A stretch of 64,000 nt of DNA from Alphaproteobacteria bacterium. GTDB lineage: Bacteria > Pseudomonadota > Alphaproteobacteria > UBA828. The translations under genes were made by a program, and so were the position numbers. This document shows, piece by piece, positions 1-9,768 of this stretch; the first letter of the stretch is position 1, and every line of letters starts with the position of its first letter. Below the pieces are notes generated by a model. It was given only the letters and a program-made list of their open reading frames with translations. It did no database searches and was not told where the DNA came from. Location of the stretch: assembly GCA_965214705.1 (NCBI GenBank), contig OZ243972.1:3712001-3776000 (forward strand), written 5' to 3'.

Positions 1-493
1 CGGCGATCGCCTCGATGTCGTCAATTGCGTCAGGCGTTTCTACCTTTGGAAAAAAGACCACGTCCCGGTTGGCGGCGCGGAGCGCGGGTGCTGCGGGGCG
101 TTGATGGTAGCGGTCGTGGGCGATGCCGACGGCGACGCCGCGCGCACCCTTCGGCGCGTAGCGGACGTGATCGAGGATGGCGCGCGCCTCGACGGCGCTG
201 CCGACCTTGGCCGGCTGGATGCCGTCCGCCCCCATGTCGAGCGCACGCGCGACCATGTCGTAGTCGCCGCCCACGGTGGAGACGATCACCGGCAGGTCTG
301 CCGCCTGATAGAAGCGCAGCATCCGCTTGAGCTGGTCGTAGCCGAAACCGGAGTGCTCCAGGTCGAGGAGCGCGTACTCGCAGCCGGCGGCCTTGAGAAT
401 CTGCCCCATGCCGGGGCTGTCGAACTCGATCACGAACGTGCCGAACTTGGGCCGCTTGGTGCCCATCATGGCGCGCAGCGCGGCACTCGGCAT
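1..493 (-). CDS. HpcH/HpaI aldolase/citrate lyase family protein (3' end outside window)
   Basis: Not in the ORF track. Read by hand from ATG at 493: MPSAALRAMMGTKRPKFGTFVIEFDSPGMGQILKAAGCEYALLDLEHSGFG...ARALDMGADGI; a clear paralog of the adjacent gene. Confidence 0.85.
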   Translation of the reverse strand, partial: MPSAALRAMMGTKRPKFGTFVIEFDSPGMGQILKAAGCEYALLDLEHSGFGYDQLKRMLRFYQAADLPVIVSTVGGDYDMVARALDMGADGIQPAKVGSAVEARAILDHVRYAPKGARGVAVGIAHDRYHQRPAAPALRAANRDVVFFPKVETPDAIDDIEAIA

Positions 494-497
494 CCGC

Positions 498-1289
498 CTA
501 TCCCTTCCGCCGGCCGGCGAGCGCGGCCTTCAGATCGTCGATGCCGTGGCGCAGCGTCTCCCGCATCAGCCAGACGTCGCCGGAGTAGCAGATCATGTCG
601 TAGCCCTTGTGGTAGGCAGCGACGCCGCTCTCGACACTCATGACGAGGCAGCCGAAGGACTTCTTGTTCTTGACGCAGGCGCGCGCGACCCGCTCCTCCG
701 CCGCAATGACATCGGGGTGGTCGAGCTGGCCGGGAACGCCGAGGGAGGTGCTGAGGTCGGAATGTCCGATCCAGATGCCGTCGACTCCGTCCGTGGCGGC
801 GATTGCTTCCACGTTTTCAATGCCCTGCCGGGTCTCGACGATCAGGAACACGGCAACCCGACGGTTGGCGGCGCGCAGCTTGGTCACCGGGGCTCCGGGC
901 GCGTAGCGGTCGTGGGCGACGCCGAGCGCCACTCCGCGATGCCCGTGCGGCGGATACTTCGCGTGCGCCACGATGCGCGCAGCTTCTTCGCCCGAGCTTA
1001 CCATCGGCAGCAGGATCGCTTCGGCGCCCATGTCGAGCGCACGGGCGATGTGGTGATAGTGACGGGACGGCGGGCGTACGATGGTCGGCAGCTCCGCAGC
1101 CTCCATGTAGCGCAGGACCTGCTTCACCGTGTCGAAGCCGAAGCCGGAATGCTCCATGTCGAGGAAGACGAACTGGGCGCCGGCGGCCTTGAGGATGTAG
1201 CCGATACCCGGCGAGGTTAGCTCGATGACGAGCGTGCCGAACTTGGCCCGCCGCGTCCCCGCCATCTCCTTCAACGTGCTCAACGCCAC
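498..1289 (-). CDS. HpcH/HpaI aldolase family protein
   Basis: FLDMEHSG, ARALDMGA, G.RG, IVETRQG and WIGHSDLS motifs; GTG start at 1289 with GGAGA RBS preferred over the track start at 1367. Confidence 0.9.
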   Translation of the reverse strand: MALSTLKEMAGTRRAKFGTLVIELTSPGIGYILKAAGAQFVFLDMEHSGFGFDTVKQVLRYMEAAELPTIVRPPSRHYHHIARALDMGAEAILLPMVSSGEEAARIVAHAKYPPHGHRGVALGVAHDRYAPGAPVTKLRAANRRVAVFLIVETRQGIENVEAIAATDGVDGIWIGHSDLSTSLGVPGQLDHPDVIAAEERVARACVKNKKSFGCLVMSVESGVAAYHKGYDMICYSGDVWLMRETLRHGIDDLKAALAGRRKG

Positions 1290-1576
1290 CCGCAGTCTCC
1301 GCTTCGGCTCGTGCGTTACGCCGGTCGGCACGCGATTCCGCCAGCGCGGGCCGAATGTTAGCAGCAATGGCGCGGTCCGCCGAATCGGTATAGGAACGTG
1401 GCCTTACGATACGCTCGGGGTCGCTTGTTTGTTATCGGTGCCGGGTGGCGTGCGCGACGCGGGTGGGCTCATATGGAGATTGAAGAAAGTAACAGTCTGT
1501 TCACTTTTCTTATGCTTCCATAACAATTTCTTCACAGTTGTCATAACGTCCGGGTGGCTCAGACAGGGAGAGCGCC

Positions 1577-2635
1577 ATGGCCGCCTCAGTCAGTCGAGTG
1601 ATGACGATCATTACGGGCGCCGCCCTGCTGGGGGGCGTGCTCTCGGCTTGCAGCGACGATCCTCCGGACGATTCCATTGTCGTTGGCGGCTTCGTCGCCA
1701 GCCCGTTGGGCTCCTGGTACGCGGATAGCGATCAGGACACGCTGGCAAGTCTGGAAGGCCTGGCGTTCTCGCCGCTTTCCGTTCATGTCAGACGGGACTA
1801 CGCGGAAGATACGAGGGGCGTGTCGTCGCCGGAAGACGACAGCGCCTATATCGAGTCAATCGTGAGAACCAGCACGGGAAAGATCGTCGTCAGTTATGTC
1901 TTGGAGGGCGAGAGAGCGAGTATTGATTTCGACACGAGTGAGGTTGCGTCATACGACAGCATTTTCGGCGAGACGACCCATGACGGCCATCGGTACGCCG
2001 TGCAGCTCTACACCAATCTCGGCACCGCCGACGATCCCGCTCCGAGGGATTACGTAGCCACCGTCCGGTGGTACACGTTCGAGCAGCGACCCGGTGTGTC
2101 GCCTTATGATGGAATAGTTTACGAGTTTTTCGGCACCTACGGTGTGAGGACTCCGTCCGAGCCTCTGTCGGCGCTGGGCAGCGCCAGCTATGAAGGAAAC
2201 GTCCTGGGTAACATTTGGGATACGGGAGACCCCAACCGCCGTACCGGTAGTGAGCTCCTGGAAGGATCCTTATCCCTCAGTGCGGACTTGGATAGCGGCG
2301 ACATTGGCGGACAAGTTACCGATTTTACTCGGTTCGACCGAGACGCGACTAATTTGGGCAGGCAGCCTGTCGCGGATACGAACGTGATCGACATCATGGG
2401 CAGCATCGTGGATGGACGCTTCGCCGCCGATTGGGAAGGCCACGACAGCGGCGGCACGCCTGCTCAGCACAGCGTTGGTGGATTCACGGGAACCATGCTG
2501 GGCGAGTTCTACGGCCCCGCCGGTGAGGAGGTGGGCGGCGTGCTGCGCGGCCATCGCGACGCGACCGCCACGACGCCCGAGCAGATCTTCAACGGGTTCT
2601 TCAGCGCCGGCAGGGAACCGGAAGCCGGGCAGTAG
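1577..2635 (+). CDS. Lipoprotein with transferrin-binding-protein-like C-terminal beta-barrel
   Basis: Hydrophobic leader with lipobox LSAC; GSASYEG, LSLSADLDSGDIGG and GEFYGPAGEEVGGV resemble TbpB/fHbp-type barrels; GGAG RBS. Confidence 0.7.
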   Translation: MAASVSRVMTIITGAALLGGVLSACSDDPPDDSIVVGGFVASPLGSWYADSDQDTLASLEGLAFSPLSVHVRRDYAEDTRGVSSPEDDSAYIESIVRTSTGKIVVSYVLEGERASIDFDTSEVASYDSIFGETTHDGHRYAVQLYTNLGTADDPAPRDYVATVRWYTFEQRPGVSPYDGIVYEFFGTYGVRTPSEPLSALGSASYEGNVLGNIWDTGDPNRRTGSELLEGSLSLSADLDSGDIGGQVTDFTRFDRDATNLGRQPVADTNVIDIMGSIVDGRFAADWEGHDSGGTPAQHSVGGFTGTMLGEFYGPAGEEVGGVLRGHRDATATTPEQIFNGFFSAGREPEAGQ

Positions 2636-2655
2636 GTGCGGCGCAGCGCGAGGGA

Positions 2656-3342
2656 TTACCGGGACTCAAGGGCCACCACGACCTCGTCCGCGGTCATCAC
2701 GTCGCCGAACTGCTGGATGATGGTCTCCAGCGCGTTGCGGTGCTCCTCGTCGGAGAGTGCGGCGCAGCAGTCGGCGAGCATCACGGTCTTGAAGTCGAGC
2801 ATCATGGCGTCGCGCGCGGTCGATTCGCAGCAGACGTCGGTCTTGGTGCCGCCGATCAGCAGCGTGTCGATGCCGCGGCCGCGCACCATCGTCTCCAGCG
2901 ACGAGGAGCCGGGGATCAGCGCGCTGTAGCGGTTCTTGAAGAGGACCGTGTCATCGTCCGCGACCTCCAGATCCGGCCAGAGCTGTTGGCCATCCGCGCC
3001 CGGCGCGAGCCCGGCGATGGTGCGCGCCCGTGCTTCGTCGGAGACGAAATGGTCGAAGAAGCCCGGCCAGTCCGACGCGCCGTGGCGGCTCGTATTCGCG
3101 TGGGCCACCCAGTAGATGGGGACGCCCAGCGCCCTGAGCCGCGCGTTGAGCCCGTTGATCTGCGGCACGATGGCGCGCGCCATCGGCACCTCCACCGGCG
3201 CACCTGGCGCGAGAAACGTCACCTGCATGTCGATGTAGACCGCCGCGGTGCACGCGGGATCGAGCCGCTCGAAGAGGCGCATCCGCCCGCGCCGCTTGAC
3301 GACCCGTTCGACGATCTCCTGACGGATGGCAATGTCGTGCAT
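2656..3342 (-). CDS. Isochorismatase/cysteine hydrolase family protein
   Basis: IDMQ, KNRYSA and TDVCCESTARDA (Asp-Lys-Cys triad). Confidence 0.9.
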   Translation of the reverse strand: MHDIAIRQEIVERVVKRRGRMRLFERLDPACTAAVYIDMQVTFLAPGAPVEVPMARAIVPQINGLNARLRALGVPIYWVAHANTSRHGASDWPGFFDHFVSDEARARTIAGLAPGADGQQLWPDLEVADDDTVLFKNRYSALIPGSSSLETMVRGRGIDTLLIGGTKTDVCCESTARDAMMLDFKTVMLADCCAALSDEEHRNALETIIQQFGDVMTADEVVVALESR

Positions 3343-3412
3343 ATGATTGCTTACCTGCCGGGCCTACACGGCGAATCGCCGGTAGGCCGCACTACCTTGT
3401 CCCGAATCCGAC

Positions 3413-3823
3413 CTATACCCAACTTTGCACCGTCAATTCCCTGAACTCGCGGAAATCGTCCATGTTCGATGTGACCAGCGTCAAGCCGTTGACGCACGCG
3501 ATCGCCGCGATCTGACTGTCGACGAACGGCGGTGTCTTGCCCGCCGCGACGAGCCTCGCGCGCTCTTTGGCATGCCAGTCGGCGGCCTCACGGTCGTAGT
3601 CGAGCACCGGAAAACTCTGCAGCACCACGGTCTCGATGTAGCGCTCGACCGCATCCCGGCGGCGCGAGAGCGGCAGCCTGTCGCACCCGAACCGCAACTC
3701 GTGCCAGACCGGAGACGGAATTGCGATCTCTCCGTCGTACTGCCGCAGTCGGCGCATGATGCTGGCGGCCGGTCGGGGTCGCAGCGGCTCAGACACGACG
3801 TTGGTATCGAGCAAGTAAAGCAC
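3413..3823 (-). CDS. vapC: VapC PIN-domain toxin
   Basis: YLLDTNVVSE...ELRFG...DSQIAAIA...LVTSN..DF PIN pattern. Confidence 0.9.
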   Translation of the reverse strand: MLYLLDTNVVSEPLRPRPAASIMRRLRQYDGEIAIPSPVWHELRFGCDRLPLSRRRDAVERYIETVVLQSFPVLDYDREAADWHAKERARLVAAGKTPPFVDSQIAAIACVNGLTLVTSNMDDFREFRELTVQSWV

Positions 3824-3828
3824 CGGCG

Positions 3829-4068
3829 TTACAACCGAACATCGCGCCCTTGTGCTTCTTTGCGGATGCTCCCGAATAGCTCGCCCGGGTCGAGCGCGAG
3901 GGTCGCCAGGTCAATTTCCTCCGTGAAGTTCCGATATGCCGCGACGAAGCCTTGGCGGCTCGGCGTGGACGGCTCGCCACTCTTGCGACCGCTCAGGTCG
4001 GTCCGCCGATTCGGCTGGGGTCCGACTGCGTCAGCCTGCGACCGTCGTATGCCCATTGTGCCCTCCAC
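3829..4068 (-). CDS. Putative antitoxin for the adjacent vapC (start uncertain)
   Basis: Small ORF ending 5 nt upstream of vapC; antitoxin-like C-terminus (FVAAYRNF...LFGSIRKEAQGRDVRL); N-terminus not recognisable. Confidence 0.5.
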   Translation of the reverse strand: MEGTMGIRRSQADAVGPQPNRRTDLSGRKSGEPSTPSRQGFVAAYRNFTEEIDLATLALDPGELFGSIRKEAQGRDVRL

Positions 4069-4155
4069 GAACTAGACAAACTGCAACTTCGTCGGTCTTG
4101 CGAAGCGTATCAGTTGGGACCACCAGAACGCAGCGCACACTCGGCCCCAGAAAGC

Positions 4156-4434
4156 CTACACCCGCACGATGTCAGTGAGGAAGGGGTCGTCCGCGAGCGC
4201 CGATTCGGTGTCGAGCAGGGCACCACAGCCGGGGCAGAAGAAGCGCCGCAGCAGGACCCGCTCGGCATTGCTGTAGGGCGTGCCGCCGGCGCCCTGCATC
4301 GGCTGCTCGTCGAGCCTAGCGGATGCTTTCCAAGGTTGCCCAGCCGGCCCCAGGACATGACCGCAGGCCGCACACGCGATGGCGCGGTCTTCGTTCACCA
4401 CGAGCGTGGCGGAGATGCGGGTTGTGTTATTCAT
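4156..4434 (-). CDS. Acetone carboxylase gamma-subunit-like protein
   Basis: CAACGH and RRFFCPGCGALLDTE zinc motifs; downstream of a hydantoinase A/B pair. Confidence 0.8.
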   Translation of the reverse strand: MNNTTRISATLVVNEDRAIACAACGHVLGPAGQPWKASARLDEQPMQGAGGTPYSNAERVLLRRFFCPGCGALLDTESALADDPFLTDIVRV

Positions 4435-4435
4435 G

Positions 4436-4541
4436 TTCCCTCAGTCGCCGGGCGCTCGCTCCGCTCGCTTGGCTCCGCGCTACGCGCGCGGCGCAGTCGC
4501 GCCGTCCGGGCCTATCGGCCCGGCGTTATTTCCCTCAGTCG
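4436..4541. repeat. REP-like GC-rich intergenic repeat, copy 1
   Basis: TTCCCTCAGTCG at 4436 and again at 4530; body ...CGCGCGCGGCGCAGTCGCGCCG.CCGGGCCT...GGCCCGGC shared with 59873-59990. Confidence 0.75.
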
Positions 4542-4553
4542 CAGCGCGTTCGC

Positions 4554-6389
4554 TCATTCAGCCGCTACTGCTGTCGGCGCGGCGAGGCGGGCGGCGCGCA
4601 GGGTCTCGCGGCGTGTGGAGGTCGCTGCCTCGTCCACCGCGCCGTTTGCTATCACCACACCGTAGACCGAGGCGGCGACTTCCACCGAGACCATGCCGGC
4701 CTCGATGTCGGCCTGCACCCGTGCGGGCTCGCGCTCCAGCGGGTCGCCGAAGCCGCCGCCACCGTCGGAGCGGACGTAGAGCGCATCCTCGCCCTTGAGC
4801 GGAAAGACGCCCCACGAGATCGTCTCGGCCTCGCCGGTCATCTCGTTCAGCGAGGTGGGGAAGGGGTTGACGTTGCGTCCAGCCTCGCCGGCCTCGTTGT
4901 TGTGCACCCAGCGGTAGGCGCAGGGCGCGCCGGCGTAGCCGCCGCCTAGCCCCTCGCTCATGGAGAACTCGGTGCCCTTGCCGGAGACCACGTAGTTGAT
5001 GCCGCCCTCGGGCGAATCGTGCTGCACCAGGGCGAACTCGAGGGCGTTGCCGCCGCGCCAGCGCCCCGGCCCGCCGGTATCTGGCCGCGCGCGGCGGAAC
5101 AGGTAGCGCACCGGAAAGGTCGCCTCGGTGGTCTCGACGTTGGCCATGCGGCCGATGGGGTTGGGAATCTCGCCGCCGACATCGATGCCATCGGCCCAGG
5201 TGCGCGCACCGCCGGCGCCGCCGAAGGTCTCGGTCAGGATGCCGATGGCCTCCTGCCTGCGCTGGTTGAGCCCGAACATGAAGATGGCGAAGTGGCTGCC
5301 GTGCCAGACCGCCGTCGCCTCCTCGGCGTACTTTTCACTCGCCGACAGCATCTTGGCGATGCAGGTGCAGGCGGCGTTGTTGACCGACTGGATGGCGCCC
5401 ACGGTGGCGAGGGAGACCGGCGCCGGCCGCGTGCAGTTCACCACCGAGCCCTCGGGCGCAATCATCTTGATGGGCCTGAGCACGCCGTCGTTCCAGGTGA
5501 TGTCGTAGCAGAGCAGCGGGAAGAGGGGAGCGAAGAAGCCGCCCCACGAGGCCCAGTAAGTGCAGTTGATGCCGTAGTGCGACTGCGGACTGGAGCCGGT
5601 GAAGTCGAAGGTGAGCTCGTCGCCCTCCTTGGTCATGGCGAGCAGCACCCGGCAGGTCTCGCCCTCGATGTCGAAGTACTGCCGCGCCTCCCAGCGGCCA
5701 TCCGGCAGCTCGCGCAGGCGCTTGCGGAGCAGCGTCTCGGACTGGTCGACCAGGGCGCCGCAGGCCTCGTCCACCGGGCCCGCTCCGTACTTGTCGATCA
5801 GCGCGCCCATGCGCTCCCGCGCCACGTTGTTGGCCGCGATCATGGAGGAGAGGTCGAGCGCCACCATCTCCGGCGCGCGTACCATGTTGAGCAGCGTGTC
5901 CATCACATCGCGGCGCATCTCGCCGCCTTCCACCAGCTTGATGCCGGGCGAGCTGAAGCCCTCGGTAAAGATGTCGCGCGAATCCGGACTGAAGCCGCCG
6001 GGCACCATGGCGCCGATGTCGTAGACGTGGACGAAGCAGGCGCTCCACGCGACCAGCCGGCCCTCATGGTGGATCGGCGCCACGAGATAGATGTCGGACG
6101 TGTGCAGCGCTGCGGTGTAGGGGCAGTTGGTGAGGAATACGTCGCCTTCGCCGATATCGCCCTCGAAGCGGCGGATGACGGCCTTGCACGCCTCGGCGGC
6201 GCTGGTCAGGTGGTGGAGGAAGCCGACGCCCCCCATGAGCAGCGAGCCGTCCGCCCGGTAGAGGGAGACCATGAGGTCGTGGCCCTCGTTGGTGATCGCG
6301 CTGCCCGAGACGTGCTTGAGCGTGATCACCGCCTCGTCGATCACGCGGAAGAGCCGGTGGCGGATGATGGAGAAGGTGATCGGGTCCAT
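4554..6389 (-). CDS. Hydantoinase B/oxoprolinase family protein
   Basis: MDPITFSII start, EGDVFLTNCPY...HTSD, GGPGRWRGG, GGGGFGDPLER. Confidence 0.92.
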   Translation of the reverse strand: MDPITFSIIRHRLFRVIDEAVITLKHVSGSAITNEGHDLMVSLYRADGSLLMGGVGFLHHLTSAAEACKAVIRRFEGDIGEGDVFLTNCPYTAALHTSDIYLVAPIHHEGRLVAWSACFVHVYDIGAMVPGGFSPDSRDIFTEGFSSPGIKLVEGGEMRRDVMDTLLNMVRAPEMVALDLSSMIAANNVARERMGALIDKYGAGPVDEACGALVDQSETLLRKRLRELPDGRWEARQYFDIEGETCRVLLAMTKEGDELTFDFTGSSPQSHYGINCTYWASWGGFFAPLFPLLCYDITWNDGVLRPIKMIAPEGSVVNCTRPAPVSLATVGAIQSVNNAACTCIAKMLSASEKYAEEATAVWHGSHFAIFMFGLNQRRQEAIGILTETFGGAGGARTWADGIDVGGEIPNPIGRMANVETTEATFPVRYLFRRARPDTGGPGRWRGGNALEFALVQHDSPEGGINYVVSGKGTEFSMSEGLGGGYAGAPCAYRWVHNNEAGEAGRNVNPFPTSLNEMTGEAETISWGVFPLKGEDALYVRSDGGGGFGDPLEREPARVQADIEAGMVSVEVAASVYGVVIANGAVDEAATSTRRETLRAARLAAPTAVAAE

Positions 6390-6397
6390 GGCGGGCC

Positions 6398-8518
6398 TCA
6401 GCCGAGCTCGATGGAGATGTTGCGGTAGGCGTCTACCCGGCCGGATTGCCCGGCCTGGACGACGATGGTCGTGATCGGGGTGTGGATCACGGCGGGGCCG
6501 GCGACGACGTTGCCCGGCGCGAGCCGCTCGAAGTCGTAGATGTCGGCTGGCGCGAAGCCGCCTTCCGCCTCCACGAAGATGTCGCGCTTGCCGATTTGCG
6601 CCGCGCCGGGATCGGAACCGTCCAGCGCCGCCCGCTCGATGCGGGGCCGCTCCACCATGCCGCGCGCGGTGAGCCGGAACATCGTCATCTCCATGCCGGC
6701 GGCGCGGTAGGCCGAGCCCTTGCCGAACTTACGCTCGTAGAGCGCCTCGAAGTCCGCGGCGAGGCAGCCCACGGCGTCGTCGTCCATCGGCCCGCCGCCT
6801 GCGACCGGCGTCGTCACCTCGTGCACCTGTCGTCCGTAGCGCAGGTCGATGGACCAGTCGAGGGCGATTGCGTCTTCGGCGAACCCTTCGGCCGCAAGCT
6901 GCTCGCGGGCGCGGGCCACCATCGGCGCGTAGATCTCGTTGATTTCCGCCGCCGGGCTCGGCATGGGGAGTGTCTTGGTGACAGTGTACTCGTGCACGAT
7001 ATCGGCCGAGAGCAGGCCGAAGGCGGCGTTCACCGAGGCAGTGTAGGGCACGACGATCCGCTTGACGCCCAGCTCCGCGCCGAACACGCCGCAGAGCAGG
7101 CCGCAGGTGCCGCCGAAAGCGTGCAGCACGAAGTCTCTGGGGTCGAGGCCGCGTTCCACGGTGATCTCATGGATCAGATCGGTGATCTGCGCCGCGGCGA
7201 TACGGTAGATGCCGATGGCGGCGTCTTCCACGCTCATGCCGAGCGGCTGAGCGACCTTCTCCGCGAAGACCCGGCGCGCTGTCGCGGCATCGAGGGAGAT
7301 GGTACCGCCGAGGAAGGTGCCGGGGTCCATGTAGCCCACCAGCAGCATGACGTCGGTGAGCGTGGGCTCCTCGCCGCCGAGGCCGTAGCAGACCGGCCCC
7401 GGCCTGGCGCCGGCGCTCGCCGGGCCCACGCCCGGCACGCTGGTGGCCGGGTCCAGCGCCACGATGCTGCCGCCGCCGGCGCCGATGGAGACCACCTCGA
7501 TCTTGGGTGCCACGTAGTGGTAACGGTCGACCATGGGTTCGCGGGCGTAGTCGATGGCGCCGCCCTGGATCACGCCCACCTTGAAGGTGGTGCCCCCCAT
7601 GTCGCAGGCGATGATGTCGTCGTCCTCCATGAGCCGGCCGAGATGGCGGCTGCCGATGACGCCGGCGGCGGGCCCGCATTCGAGCATGCCGACCGCCCGC
7701 TCGGCGGCCTCGTCTGCCGGCAGCAGCCCGCCGTAGCCCTGCATCACCAGCAGCGGCCCACCGTAGCCCCGCGCCTGCAGCAGCGTTTGCAGGCTGGTGA
7801 TGTAATCGCTCGCGATACGCCCCGCGTAGGCATTGATGACGGTGGTCGACGCGCGCTCGTATTCGCCCGGTACCGGCGCGATCTCGCTGGAGAGCGTGAC
7901 GTAGACGCCGGGAGCGGCCTCGCGGATCAACTCGCCCACCCGCTGCTCATGCGTGGCGTTGTAGAAGGACCAGAGGAAGGAGACCGCGAGCGCCTCGATC
8001 TCTTCGTCCTCGACCAGCGAGTGGATCGCCTGGCGCACCGCGTCTTCGTCCAGCGCGCGCAGCACGGCACCCTTGTAGTCGACCCGCTCCGGCACGCCCC
8101 TGGTCTTTGCGCGGGGCACCAGCGGCGGGGCGCGGTCGGTCGCCACCGGGTGCTTGATGCCGTCCTCGGTGAGGCCGGCCCAGCGGCCGTAGGCGCCGCG
8201 GGTAATGACCAGCGTGTCCTCGAAGCCCTCGGTGGTAATGAGGCCGGTCCTGGCGCCCGAGCGGGTGAACAGCGTGTTGTCCACGACCGTCGAGCCGTGC
8301 ATGAAGAGCACCGTCCGCGCCAGCAGTTCGTCCGTTGCGAGGCCGATGTCGTCGGCCGCGGCACCGACAGCGGCGAGCACGCCGTCCGCGAAATCGGGCG
8401 GGGTGGAGAGCGCCTTGCCGAGGCGCACCGGCTCGCCGGCCGCGAACAGCACCGCGTCCGTGCAGGTGCCGCCGACGTCGGTCGCGACCACGTAGCGGGC
8501 CTCGCCCGGTTCGCTCAT
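6398..8518 (-). CDS. Hydantoinase A/oxoprolinase family protein
   Basis: [37 protein letters not shown]; start MSEPG at 8518. Confidence 0.92.
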   Translation of the reverse strand: MSEPGEARYVVATDVGGTCTDAVLFAAGEPVRLGKALSTPPDFADGVLAAVGAAADDIGLATDELLARTVLFMHGSTVVDNTLFTRSGARTGLITTEGFEDTLVITRGAYGRWAGLTEDGIKHPVATDRAPPLVPRAKTRGVPERVDYKGAVLRALDEDAVRQAIHSLVEDEEIEALAVSFLWSFYNATHEQRVGELIREAAPGVYVTLSSEIAPVPGEYERASTTVINAYAGRIASDYITSLQTLLQARGYGGPLLVMQGYGGLLPADEAAERAVGMLECGPAAGVIGSRHLGRLMEDDDIIACDMGGTTFKVGVIQGGAIDYAREPMVDRYHYVAPKIEVVSIGAGGGSIVALDPATSVPGVGPASAGARPGPVCYGLGGEEPTLTDVMLLVGYMDPGTFLGGTISLDAATARRVFAEKVAQPLGMSVEDAAIGIYRIAAAQITDLIHEITVERGLDPRDFVLHAFGGTCGLLCGVFGAELGVKRIVVPYTASVNAAFGLLSADIVHEYTVTKTLPMPSPAAEINEIYAPMVARAREQLAAEGFAEDAIALDWSIDLRYGRQVHEVTTPVAGGGPMDDDAVGCLAADFEALYERKFGKGSAYRAAGMEMTMFRLTARGMVERPRIERAALDGSDPGAAQIGKRDIFVEAEGGFAPADIYDFERLAPGNVVAGPAVIHTPITTIVVQAGQSGRVDAYRNISIELG

Positions 8519-8618
8519 TCCGTGCCTTTCCTCTGCCGGCCGCCATCTTGCGCGGCAGGCGGGCGAACGCAAGCGGGCAACCGCTGGACACGGGGCGAAG
8601 ATGGTGTATCGAACGTGT

Positions 8619-8822
8619 ATGGCACGCACCAACGTAGACATCGACGACGACGCCTGCGCAGAGGTCATGCGCCGCTACCGGCTGACGACGAAGCGGGAGG
8701 CGATCAACTACGCGCTGCGCACCCTCGCGGCGGAGCCACTCAGCGTCGACGAGGCCCGCCGGCTGCGTGGCTCTGGGTGGGAGGGCGATCTGGACGAGCT
8801 GCGTTCAGGTCGCGAATCCTGA
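8619..8822 (+). CDS. vapB: VapB-type antitoxin (orphan)
   Basis: [10 protein letters not shown]...[11 protein letters not shown]...[10 protein letters not shown] is typical of VapB RHH antitoxins. Confidence 0.8.
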   Translation: MARTNVDIDDDACAEVMRRYRLTTKREAINYALRTLAAEPLSVDEARRLRGSGWEGDLDELRSGRES

Positions 8823-8839
8823 TCCTGATCGACACCTCC
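8822..8839 (+). pseudogene. 5' remnant of vapC (ILIDTS)
   Basis: ATCCTGATCGACACCTCC overlaps the vapB stop and encodes the PIN N-terminal motif; similarity ends immediately after. Confidence 0.5.
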
Positions 8840-8846
8840 ACCCGGA

Positions 8847-9056
8847 TCATCGGCTATCGCGATCCCGACGCAGAAGAACCACGCTGTCTTCCAGAGGACC
8901 GGCGGTCATTGTCCGGATGCGATCGGCCTCTGCAATCAGGTCGCGCCGTTTCCGGCTCCCCGTGTGCGGCGGCCTTAGTTCCCGTTCCGAAGGATTGCTC
9001 TCCGGCATGGCCTTCCGTTCCGACAGGTGGTGTTTGAGTTTGGTGTATTTCGTCAT
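8847..9056 (-). CDS. Possible antitoxin fragment/hypothetical protein
   Basis: C-terminus LIAEADRIRTMTAGPLEDSVVLLRRDRDSR resembles the tail of FitA-like antitoxins. Confidence 0.4.
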   Translation of the reverse strand: MTKYTKLKHHLSERKAMPESNPSERELRPPHTGSRKRRDLIAEADRIRTMTAGPLEDSVVLLRRDRDSR

Positions 9057-9213
9057 TGTAGCGCCGGAAAGGGAACGTGAGGTGACGGGTATTGGCTTCC
9101 CTTCTACTACAAAGATCGCCGATAGGCTCGGGCGCCATTTGGCGATGGCGGCGGGGAGGGGTAGCATTCAAGCAGGGAATAGGGCCCGCAAGGCTCGGGC
9201 AAGGGGGGCAACA

Positions 9214-9699
9214 ATGAGAAGACGAACGTGGATCGCGGGCGTTGTGGCGGTGGCGATGGCGCTGGCGGTATTCGCCGGATCGGGCGCAGCAAGCGCCCAG
9301 CAGGATCACTCGGGCGCGATCAAGGCTCGCATCGCATACATGCAGCTCAACGGCTTCTTCATGGGCCAGCTCGCAGCGATCGCGAAGGGGCAAGTGCCTT
9401 ACGACGCGGCGCAGGCGACCGGGGTTGCCAAGAGCCTGCTCGCGCTCTCCACCATGGACGCAGGCGCGATGTGGCCGCCCGGCTCCGACAACCAGGCCGT
9501 TCCGGGCAAGACTCGGGCCTTGCCCGAAATCTGGACCACCTTCCCGGCGGTGATGGAGAAGGCCAACGCGCTCACCGTGGCGCTGGAGGCGATGGTGGAG
9601 GCGGCCGGCAAGGATCTCGCGAGCCTGCAGGGCGCCTTCGGCCCGGTCGGCGCTGGCTGCGGCGGCTGTCATCGCAGCTTCCGCGCCGAGAATTTCTGA
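9214..9699 (+). CDS. Cytochrome c'/c556 (class II cytochrome c)
   Basis: Sec signal (MRRRTW...ASA), TRALPEIW and C-terminal CGGCH..FR. Confidence 0.92.
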   Translation: MRRRTWIAGVVAVAMALAVFAGSGAASAQQDHSGAIKARIAYMQLNGFFMGQLAAIAKGQVPYDAAQATGVAKSLLALSTMDAGAMWPPGSDNQAVPGKTRALPEIWTTFPAVMEKANALTVALEAMVEAAGKDLASLQGAFGPVGAGCGGCHRSFRAENF

Positions 9700-9768
9700 A
9701 GCGGGACTATTCTCGGTTTCCTCGGGCGTCGGGCGCCCACGCCGGAAAGCTCTGCGGCGGCCCGGCCG

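Noticed and set aside
6446-9037. 863-aa plus-strand ORF
   Set aside because: Antisense shadow of hydantoinase A in high-GC DNA.
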